From Phoronis australis (taxonomy: Eukaryota > Animalia > Phoronida): a stretch of DNA of 64,000 nt. The notes below the pieces were generated by a model. That model made no database searches and was not told the DNA's origin. It saw only the letters and a list, made by a program, of their open reading frames with translations. Within the stretch, counting starts at the first letter, position 1. Every line of letters begins with the position of its first letter. The stretch is taken from the NCBI GenBank assembly GCA_002633005.1, contig NMRA01000176.1, forward strand, positions 443,740 through 507,739. Direction: 5' to 3'. A program made the translations under genes and the position numbers. Of the stretch, positions 12,967 through 24,900 are shown in pieces.

Positions 12967-15900
12967 TTACGCGTGGCAATCGCCAACAACAAAATTTTGA
13001 TTGCCATGGACGGTTTGTTCAGTAGCTTTCCCAGTTTTCGGAGACACTCGTATTTTGCCATGATGCTTATTTTTAGCCTTAGCAGCCAGTATAGCTACGA
13101 CAGTGACGACGACAGCACATACGGAAACTGTTCCTAAAACGATGCCTGTTACCACCGAGTGTGATAGCGGAGCAGAAGGCGACGAAACCGTAGTACTTCT
13201 TGGCGGTTCATCGTCGTCCGTTGCTTGGGAGCCCGAGAGTGAAAATGTAGTCTGCGATTGTCGATTCGTCGTTGAAGTGATACCTTTTGGCGACTGATTG
13301 GTCGTTGATGTGACATGCGAGCTTTCAATTTCAGTGGTTACGTGGTATGCTGAAGTCGACGACCCCCAATTGATTTCTATTACGATTGGATCAGGTTGCT
13401 GAAGTGTAAACGCAACCGGGACAACGTTAGATAATTCTCCAACTTTTCCGGAATCGTCGACGGCTTTGACTGCAAAGTAGAACGTTATTTCTTTCTGTAG
13501 AGAGTCGAGCGTTATAACGAAGGTCTCTACTTCTCCCGCAGTTTTTGGTTGGGACAAGTTGCCTTTAATGACTGATGACTGGTTCACAGTAGGACACGAA
13601 GAGAACTGCGTGCGCAGATTTTGCAGTCTGGTGTGTACTCGCAAGTCGTATCGTGCGGCTACAAGAAAAAAAAACAAGATCTCAGTACTTGTCTCCAAAT
13701 AAATACCCAACCAGCTGTGCTCGAGTGTTTTAACTACGGTCTGTCTGCTTTGGATCATTTTCTTCTCAATGTTCATGAACCACATTTCACGACACACTTT
13801 TCCATGTAATGGCCATTCGATCAGACACCGGTTTGGTCAAAATGAAGTTAATCTGATAAAGAATTTTGAAGTCTTTCGTTTGAGATAGACAGTCACAATT
13901 TTACAGACAACGACTTTAAAATTTGGTGATATTTGAGTTGCCAAAACTCATTTCCTGTTTTAGATATGCAAAAGAAGAATGGATATCTGGTATGGTCACC
14001 AACTGTATAATCAACACAAAGAGGAAAAAGTGGACGAAACCCACATCCCTCCAGCTCCCATTTTCTCCTTTTTTGCGAAGATCAATCACTACAACTTGAA
14101 ATGCAGAACTATAAAGAAGATTTGAAGAACTAATAAAATACTGTAGTTATACTGTCATGGCTGGTTAAGCTGGCAATATTGCATTGGAACTTACCTGTAC
14201 CGCTGTCAAGGTCATCACCAACAGCGGTCCATTGAAGAGTGACTGTAGAGTTCTCGTGAAACGCTTTTAGTACCTGCGAAAACGTGCAAAAATAGAACTT
14301 AGACAAATTAATGCGGGGCTGTGTTCGTAGACGCAGGAAACACGCGAAAGTCTTCGCCAGTTATTGCCACGCAAGCGATTCACATGTCTGGCGTCTCAAG
14401 AAACCAGTCCAGGTTTCCTTGTGCTATAATTAAACCCACCTTCCGTCAAATACTAATCTGACCATCGTTTTAGGTCAAATGCCGTGATGGAACTTGTGCC
14501 AACTTGTTTCTTGGATTATCTTAAGGTAGGATTGGCAGCTTGATATCGCTCGAGACCACGATCAGCTCATAAAATGACCAACCGTACAAGCCAAGCCAAG
14601 TTGTCTGAATTTCTAAAGTGGGTTGCTAACAAGTCTGTCGGAAGGCAGATTAAAAGCACATTTAAGAATCTGTGTAATGGTCTTGGCACTGCTGCAGAAT
14701 TGGCGATTAATCCGGTGCAAGAATTTGCAGGTCTTTCACTAAGCAAGAAGCGCGCTACAAAGTAACGGTTCTGGACACCATCAGAAAGAAAAAAAAGAAC
14801 TGTGCTGACACTTTTGATTTTTAAGTTAAACGAGCCCCAAAAATTTCGGCCGGCATCCTGCTTGCCATACACAGGTTAGCTAAAGTTTGTCTGCCGTTAT
14901 GTTTAAACGGTAAGCAAATTACGAATACTGTACCGCTAAATCTGTAATTTTTTCTGGTGGAAACATATCTACAGGTACAGTCGACGCCGTTGGTGAGAAA
15001 GGTTGATTGACCACTCGAAATGATCCACTGGAAGCGACGCGTGAAATACTGCTGATATTTTTATAGGCAGGGACTGACGATGACGCTGCAAAACAACGGA
15101 AGACAAAAGGTTACATAGAACCCAAGAAAACATTTCCAAATTTGGCTAACTTTGGAACGTTATATCTCATAAATGGCTGATCAGATTCAAATGAAACGTT
15201 CAGATACTAAGGATAATCCACTGCTTTCTAAGACGCTCTAAGAAATTTTTCCACTTTTTCAAAAATTGCATGAAACGAATAATTTAGACAACCGTCTCAG
15301 AGATTTTAAGATTTCATCTTGAACATTTGCATCAAACCAATGAACCGTTCCTCATCGACAAATTTTACTAAAAAGACAAGTTCACGTGACCCAATCAATG
15401 TCAGATTCGTAAAAAGTCACAATCCAATTCTTTCGGCTTTCTCATACTTTTACTGAATTTTATTTCATAATTTAGTAGATATTTGGTTCAATACACTTGC
15501 CTACTTTTTACGTTGTACGTAACCTTTACTAATTATTATAATACTCGGTTACGTGGTTCCAATAACATTTTACAGGTAGACGCGGGTAGGCACGAAGAAG
15601 TAGATTAATACGAAATATTACGTTTGATTTACATTGATAGCTTTGTACAAGATAAGCACGATTTACTGTTGATATGCAAAGGATATAAAAAGCTCAGGTT
15701 ATTTTTTATGAATAAAGTTAGGTGCAAGGACCTCACTCAAGAATCCTTTATGGTCCTGTTAGCGGCACCAGGTGTATCTGAAATGAATTGTGTGTATTTT
15801 GCCTGTTAAACAAGAGAAAATTTTTTAAAACATCCATTTTGTGCGCAAATGTGCTGTTATTGTGCTTTTGGCCCGAAATCTATAACACAAATAATTTAAC

Positions 15901-18900
15901 GTAAAGCTTCAACTTGATAGAACTCCAGAGTTGATACCCCAAAGTAGTGCGGACCATAACCTTTACATGAATTGAGTTATAAATGATCGACTTACGCAGG
16001 CCAAAAGTATCACAGGTGCCCGTCATAGTGCACATAGCGAATGCACTTTCCCCGGCAGAAGATCCTGACGTCTTAAGCCTGGCATTTCCCGAGTAGTCAA
16101 ACACTTCGACTTTGACCGCGTAACCACCATTCCCGTCGAAATTCATGAAATACCCGGAATACGTTCCGTCCTCCTTCGTTATATCTGGTCCTGAAGAAGA
16201 CAAACGGGGATTTTTTGGATGACATATGCATAAGGCGTACAATACATAATTGAATCTCAGTACACATAGTAGTGAAAGGGTTCTTGCCTCTCTGAGTATT
16301 GATACAATTTTGTAAAATAAGGCAAAACAGTTGGTTTACATACAAGGTCCTATTTTAACTTCGCACTCGTATAAGTGACGTCAACATAAAAATAATTTGC
16401 TTAACTTCAAATCGATCTTTTGTCTTTGTGCAAGACTAAAAAATGAATGCAGTCCAATGAGAGACATAAAACCCATTGAAGATGCGCTAAACGACAACCG
16501 TGGTAGCCTATTAACAGATATCGAATACAACTAAATCACGTAAATCTTCGAAATATTGCTCTGTAACCCTAGTCAACTCGAAAACTTTGAAACGTTCTTT
16601 CGAACATATTCTTAAAAGCCTAACAAACTGCGCAATTGTGACAAACGCTTTGAGCGCGTTTTAAAAGTGACGTCCATGGGAAAGACCGTCCATCTCAATA
16701 CACGTGCCGCCATAGGTGACACAGGAAGGATATCTTTTAACTGGCGCGACCCCTGCCTGGACGTTATATGTAGTAACATATTTAGGCAGCTGCATGACTT
16801 AGAGATGCGTAGTTTTAAATATTATTTTGCAACACCATCATTTCTAGGTGTGAGGCAACTTGGTAAAAATAACAACAGTGTTGACTGACATGAGAGGCGT
16901 GGCAATAGCGAATCGCAGTTCAAAACTTTCTACCTTACATGTACGTAGAGTTGACTGAGAATACAGAAGAGTCTGTGGTTGATTAAGTGAGCAAATGTTT
17001 AATTTCTCACAGCAATAAACAATTTTGCAATATCAGGTGACAGTATTAGTCTCCCTTTAATATAACGGAAGTCGTCTGAGCACTGCTTACCAGATCCATT
17101 GTCCAGCAGCTTGATCTTTGTTTCCGACTTCTCACTCTCCACTATAGCATGGACTTCTGCGCCCACAACAGGCGTGTAGCCTTTAGTTAAAGTTGCAAAT
17201 ATGACTAAACGCATAGAACTGGGGTCTGTAACGAAAGGTGTGTCCATGAAATCCGATATTCACCTCTAACGAACACGAGCTGCGGGTGATTTCTATAGTG
17301 GAAGTCAATATCTGCTCAGAGAGACAATGGGTAGCAATATGTGATTCACGAGAAAAAAGGTTGAAAGTGTGTCTGGAAAACAATGCAGTATTAAGTTCTT
17401 TGAAATAAGACGTTATAGAATCACCAAAAAGGGCAGTCAGTTTTGCCATTTCATAATTCGAATCCGATGAGTTTACCTTAGACAGAAGACAGTCACAATT
17501 TTATACTAGACTATCTGACTGAAAATACTCACCTGAAAAGTTCACTGTCGCCTGACCAATCTGTGAGCTCAGAGTGATTGGTTTGTCACCTGGAGATCTT
17601 GGCCGAGAAGTCACCGTCACTTGCAAAGCCCACGTGCTGAATCCATGTCTGTTGGTAATGTTAAGAACCCAAATCCCAGGTTCTGCAGCTCCTGCTATTG
17701 AAATACGCATAGACTTAGACGAATTGAAAGCTGGAACGGGAACACGCGATCCTGAGGGAGAGCGTAGGTCCAAGGTTAGTTGAGGTTTGTCCGCCGTCGT
17801 CCACTTGAATGTAAAGACCGTGTTGTTACCAATGTCGTCGTCAATTGGTATTTTTAAAATTACACTCTTTTTTGGTTGCACCGATGCACTTTTCCCAAAG
17901 ACCTGTGGCAAAATTGTGGCAAAATCACTTCAGGTGCTTAACTTTAAAAACATCACATCACATGTCAACTTTGGTGAATTGAATTGCTGAGTCGAGCAAA
18001 GTTATAATTAGTGATAGATATTCAAAAGAGCAATAGCAAGAAAATTCTTCCAGATTCGGCAAAGTCAAATATCAAATCTCGCTTTCTTGTCGTTGAACAT
18101 TTTGATGCCTTCAAATAAAATCTTCACTTTCTAGCACTACCCTCATTGTTGGACTGTCGAGAGACGTAAACCAGCCATTAAACCTCACGCCATTTGATGA
18201 ATTTACCTTGATGACGTCAGACTCCTCTTCACCTACGGAATCCGTGAAGGCGTCGACTAAACTTGTACTTGCTTCCGAGTCTGTTGCAAAGAAAGAGCGC
18301 CCACCCGTATCACTAGCCAGAGCAATCAGTTTTGGATCTGCTGCATTGGACAGAAGTAATGTATCGACACGAACTCCCGCGTCTGTAAGATTTTGAAGGA
18401 CTTCATATATGTATGGTCGTTCATTCTCTTGACCATCAGAAAGAAGAATTATTTTTCCACCTCGAAGGGCTTTGTTGTTTTGCAGCATCTGGAGCAATAA
18501 GAAATAAGAGGTCTGTTAAGCAATCATTTAAGTGAGCGGTCCGGGTTTTGAAGTCAAACACAGTCCTGTAACTAGATCAGGCTGAAGTTTCAAACTTAAA
18601 ACTTGAATAAATACATGTAGCGACTGAGACGACTTGCCGTTTCATGGAACCAAAACAAATTGTTCCACGCCAAAACATGAAGCGAAACAGAGGTGGCGCT
18701 TCATATGAGTTAAGGTTAGCGAAATTCTGATGAAATGTATCATTTGAAGACGCTGCCTCGGTAGTCTGTAGAGCACGTCGGTTTAAAGAAATCTGCTCTG
18801 TTTACCTTCATGGCTTTCATGAGTCCGCCGCCGATACCGGTACTGCCTCGGGTGGAGGATGGAAGACTGTTTATCAGCGACTGCTTGTCCACGTCATTCG

Positions 18901-21900
18901 ATACTAGAGTTAAGTTGTGAACGATGGCTGCGGTGGTGTGGAAGGTAACAACACCCACAGATGAAATACCCGTAGGGGTAATTTGCTGAATGGCTTCCTC
19001 AGCTGCTTGGGTTGCCTTTGTTAGCCTGTCGTTGGTCTGCACATTCAAAGAATGTTAACGTACAGTCTTGAATTCAAGATAAGATGTGATATCATCAGTT
19101 AAAAACGTGTTCTCCGGAAACGAGAAATACACCGTGAATCAGGTAATCAAAGTGGTCAAGAAAATACTTGAAAATAAGAAAGTCAGCTCCTTTTCCGTCC
19201 TACAGCGTAAGTCAGTGGTGTATGGTCACAATGGATTCACACGTCTGCAGGGTTTTAAGTTCGAGAAAAATGTTTCTATAGTGACTTAAAACTTTTCTGG
19301 AAAGGACAAAGGTCGCGTTTGGTCGGAAATTCCTGGCACAAGCTGGGGGTCTACTTCATGGATTTTTTCTTACGCTCACACGTCAAAATTGCTAAAATAA
19401 AGGTAAAAATAGTCAATTAGCCATTAGAACATAGCGGTCTGGAAATAAGCTGCATTGTGCAAATTTTCTTAGTAAGTAACATTTATGGGTATATTCCCAG
19501 ATACTTTTGTTATTTTTCTAAGTTTTTACTAATTTTCGGACATAGTTATAAGGAACGTAAGATAAAATCTATGTTTTAATTTTAAGTCACTTTCATGAAA
19601 GAGACGCTATTCTTCTACTGTAAACTAGTAGCTTATGTAACCACGATTACGCCATACGAAAAGTAACGAATTTTGTCTCTCTGGATGAGCTTGGTTTAAT
19701 CAGACGTCGTAACTAGTAGCGTCTTCGGTCGTTGCTAAGACGGACGTAAGGCAAAAATCAAAGTTGCGATCGTTTTAATTACTGATTTGATGTTCATAGT
19801 AAGAAATGTTTATCTAACAAGAAAAGAATTGCTAGAAGGAAAATAAGAGCTGTTAAGAGGACGGCACCGGCCATGACCGGCCAGTCTGCGTTTAGAGCAT
19901 CGACCTAATATTTCTTGAAGGCAGTTGGTAACCTACTCACATCCATGCTGCCGCTGATGTCAATGACTAAAACTGTTCTCGGGGCACCTCTTTTAAGAAC
20001 ACGGAACACGGGTGTGGTGTCGACATGAACTCCTTCCGGTAATGGAGGATTGCTATTGTCTACGAAAGAAAATATATTAAACGTCAGTAAAGTAAATTGA
20101 CAGAAAGTAGCAGTAACAAGGAATCGCACTCACAATATCCGCAGTAGCAGCTCAATGCTTTACAGTTGGGCCAAATCTCGAGAGTCAACTGAGAAAGTAT
20201 TATAACTATTATCTCAAAGCACCACCACCAACTCCTACTAATGATCATGATGATGACGATGATGATGATTATGATGGTGGTGGTGGTGATGTTGATGATG
20301 TTGGTGATGATGATGATGATAGTGATGATTATGATGATGATGATGGTGGTGGTGGTGATTACGGCGATGGTGATGATGATGGTGATGGTGGTGATGATGA
20401 TTATGATGAAGATGATGATGAGGATGGTGGTGGTGATGACGATGACGATGATGATGATGACGATGACGGTGGTGATGATGACGATGACGGTGGTGATGAT
20501 GATGGTAATAATCAATGTGTCACAAAGTAGAAACAACGGCCACATGAAACTACATACATGTAAGCAGCATATTGGTGTCGCAAAGTACACTTAATTAGAT
20601 GACGGGATTGTTTTTGGTAGAAAAAGGAACGTTCAGAGCGCTTTTTGGTAGACGTGTAAATTCCCGTATTTTTATTTAAGTTACCTTTAAAGTCGACGTG
20701 TTCTCTCATTATTTCCCACTGACTTCTCCATCCACATTTGGCGTTATGCTTGTTCGGGGCCTCGTCGTTGTGCAAGTTCAGAGGATCGGATGTGTCGTTA
20801 TCGCAGAAACTGTCAATCTGAAGTGTTAAGAGAGACTCGAGTAAATATCATGGGCGTAATAAAAGGAACAAAATACCATTGATTTTTTTTATGGAGCAGG
20901 TGAGAAGATAACACGTAGTGTACAATCGGGCATTACCTATTATTAATCTAGCTTATTAAAAGGACCCAAAACCCCGTTTTGGTGATTTCAGTCCCTTCAA
21001 GTTATGCTTCCTGCTAATCCACAACTGTCATTTCACTTGAGCGTGAAAGCAGGATTCAACTAAAAACATTTACTCAATGTATCACAGAATGGTTCATGCT
21101 TGGTGGGCGGCCTTTCCCCACACCGGTTATTTAACGAACCTAAAGCGTAGACCACGCGGGCCATTTATCGAAACTTTGTTAGGCGTTGTTAAACGTCATC
21201 CAAACTTTTGAGGTTTGTCTTGGATTGCGGAGGATTATCTTTTTTGAAATTGCTAAACGGGAAAGTTATCTGTTAATAAGCAAAGATCAGGCTTAGTATC
21301 ATCCTAAGTTTCAGTTTTCCTTTTAAATGAAAAAAAATTGTTTGTCGTTTTTTTGTGATTACACTTCAATTAACACCACACCAAAAATAATTAGAAGTAT
21401 TTAAATGTGAATCTTACGTTGTTAAGAAAATGAAAGCACATTAGGGACGCTCTGGCCATGGAAGGATGAGTGGTATTTGGTGCAAAGACGCAATCTTTCT
21501 CAGGAAGTGACGTTGTTGGGTCTCTGTCACAGCTTTCATATCTTCCTCTAACTCTCTTTACCATATTTCCTTGTATCTATAAATAAATAAATTTCAATGT
21601 AACCTGGTAGTCCGAGGATTCAATATATTCTAGGTGAATTAGAAGCTGAGCCGGATGAAAGTTTCGGAGGGACGGTGGGCTAGAAGAAGTCACGGGGGGC
21701 ACGACTTTCTTATTCTTTGATAAATGAGAGCAACATTTGGCAAAAAACGTTCGGGGTACAAAATTGTAAGCGTTCTTATTTCTGAATGAAGTTGATATGG
21801 AAAATGTCGCATAAAACGCACCAAAATCACCATACAGTGAATGTCATGGAATGTTTCGCTTGAAGTCGTGCAACCAAGAAAATACGAAAAGAAAGTGTAT

Positions 21901-24900
21901 CTCTGTAAAGGGCTAGNCATCCCAAGTTTCAGTTTTCCTTTTAAATGAAAAAAAATTGTTTGTCGTTATTTTTTGTGATTACACTTCAATTAACACCACA
22001 CCAAAAATAATTAGAAGTATTTAAATGTGAATCTTACGTTGTTAAGAAAATGAAAGCACATTAGGGACGCTCTGGCCATGGAAGGATGAGTGGTATTTGG
22101 TGCAAAGACGCAATCTTCCTCAGGAAGTGACGTTGTTGGGTCTCTGTCACAGCTTTCATATCTTCCTCTAACTCTCTTTACCATATTTCCTTGTATCTAT
22201 AAATAAATAAATTTCAATGTAACCTGGTAGTCCGAGGATTCAATATATTCTAGGTGAATTAGAAGCTGAGCCGGATGAAAGTTTCGGAGGGACGGTGGGC
22301 TAGAAGAAGTCACGGGGGGCACGACTTTCTTATTCTTTGATAAATGAGAGCAACATTTGGCAAAAAACGTTCGGGGTACAAAATTGTAAGCGTTCTTATT
22401 TCTGAATGAAGTTGATATGGAAAATGTCGCATAAAACGCACCAAAATCACCATACAGTGAATGTCATGGAATGTTTCGCTTGAAGTCGTGCAACCAAGAA
22501 AATACGAAAAGAAAGTGTATCTCTGTAAAGGGCTAGCAAAGGAAACTTTTTTGATAAATTCTAATTTGTTTCATGCACATCAGAAATTGTAGAAGGAAGT
22601 GCGACTACGTACTTGCTTCGAGCATCTCACTGCTTCAATTTTTGTAGAGCCATCGTCCGCTTTAGAATGATAGAAGTCCTTGTCACCTTCCGCGTACTCT
22701 TCAAAGAATCCCCAACGAAGATGGCCGAATTCGTGGAGAATCGTCTTCCCTGTAAAGTAGAATACTGTCAAATCCATGGACACAGTCCAAGCAGATGATA
22801 CGTGTCAAGAATTGTCTAAATCGCACTTTTTGATCTACACGGGACTGCATAGCATTAGATCTGCTCACGGGATTGGTGAGTCGTGAAAGGCCACGCGATG
22901 GCAAAATAATGCAATCCTGAACGCCACTGCTTGTAGATTTTTTTCTTTCAGATAAAATAGACAGATTTGTGCAGTAATGCTATCCCTTAAACAAACGTAA
23001 ACCACTAACAGACCAACCGTGAACAATAATAGACCAGAGAAGTACAAATTAGTAAATACACCGATGAGGAAATAAAAGTTTGATGACGTACACTAAAAGA
23101 ACAATAAATGTGAAAGGACAGGAACTTGAACATCATCTACTGTCTTTGCTTGCAGCCTGTGCTTTACCTCATTCCACATTGAAGAAAGCCCTACATGTAC
23201 TCTCGTAACGTAACGTCTAATTAATATGCAGAGACTAAGCGTCTTTTTTGAGTGTACGATGTACATCATTTTATTGCCTTTTGTTATAATTTTGATTGAC
23301 AACGACGGTCCCTTCTGTGTGTCACTCTGTTTCTTGGAAAGTAACATGAAAACTACCGTAAATAAAATTTTCATCTGAAGGTCCAAACAATTATTTTGAA
23401 AAACAATTTAACCCCACATTGGCAAAATAACGGAGTCTCTGAAAATACACACACAATAGTTAATTGTCTTGATAATTGTTACAAATTTACATCTGAACTT
23501 CGATGGCTACAATTACTTTGCAAAAAATATTCCCTAGTTGTGAATAGGGAGATTAAGTCGAAATTTCTGACTAAGTTTCTTCTCACTTTTCATGAAGCCA
23601 TAGACTGTTGTTGTACATGAACTTTCGACTCTGTGTATTCTCAATGGACAAACATTGTGATCACAGGCACAAAGCACAACCTATACTATTGGTCGAGAAG
23701 TCAGTAATCAATAGCGACATCTAGTGTGAGTCATGATTTTGCTTCTAGCAACTAATCGTTTGTTAACTAACTGAGATTTCATATGAAAATATGGAATTGC
23801 GAATCCGTTATCTATGATCTATGATGAGATAAACTGCTTGTGTAACCATACGTTTTGAGTGTACTACAAACTCTCATAAACAATAAAACCGACAACACCA
23901 TATTATCGTAAACAAGTGACGCCAAAAAGATAATGCATAAAGATGTTTAGGTAACTCTTACCAAAAGGACCGAAATATTTTAAAGACAACCGCTCTCTCG
24001 TCAGGTAAAGTGGAGATAATCGAATGTATTCGGCGGAATGGCCACACGGAAAAGGTTGTTTCGTCTTCGGTCCGTGATTCTCACCAGGAGGTGGCTTATC
24101 AATGATGACGTTAGCCCTGCATTTACATTAGAGCAAACAGTTTAATGTTCAAGCAAACATTTCGACTTAATGCTAAGTAAAGTGCGGTAAAATCCCGTGA
24201 AGCCGACCAAAGTCTGGTCACTTAAAGGGACAATGTACAGCACTATAACGATTTAAGATATAAGCCATACAGTCACTTAACTATTTAAGGTTATGTACAC
24301 ACAGAACAAAAAAATCCAAGTTGGCTAATTTTGGAACTTCGTAACTCAGAAATTGTTGATCGGATTCATACAAAACTTTCTGATACTATGCATTAGACAA
24401 TCTTCTCCTAAACACCGCTAGAGGTTGTCTTTATAATGTCTCCCTTTCGCATTATAGCTATCAAAGAAAAGAACTCTTATGATATCCAAAAAAATTAAGA
24501 TTGATAAAGCTGTAAAAACGTTTTTTTTTTAGATTTCATAAACAACATTCGTGCTGAATGAAATTTGGTGATGTTATTGAAACTGTTGTTTTACTATCTT
24601 ATTATGAATGACTTATTCGTATTAAAATGGCTCAGGCAAAAAATTCAAAAGAAGGATCCTCTATATAAGGAACGCCACCTGAAGGCAGCCAAAAAGGGAG
24701 CTTCTTCTATTAAATGCAGGAGGCTCCACCTGACGGCGGCCGAATAGCCAGGCCAGTCATATTGATATAGAGTCATCCACTTGTGGTGGCCGAAATTGAA
24801 TTTTGCTTATATCATTTTCATTTTGAAAAATAAGCTTTTGTGCCTTTATTTTTTGTTAATTTCAATAAAAAGACATGGTCACGTGAACCAATTGATAGAA

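Noticed and set aside
15737-15777. Possible extra CLCA micro-exon (tttcag acceptor, GTGAGG donor, minus strand)
   Set aside because: It is 41 nt and ends in an in-frame TGA, while the flanking exons already join in frame. It could be a poison exon, but there is no support.
20084-20594. Poly-Met and poly-Ile ORFs
   Set aside because: A (GAT)n microsatellite in a CLCA intron.
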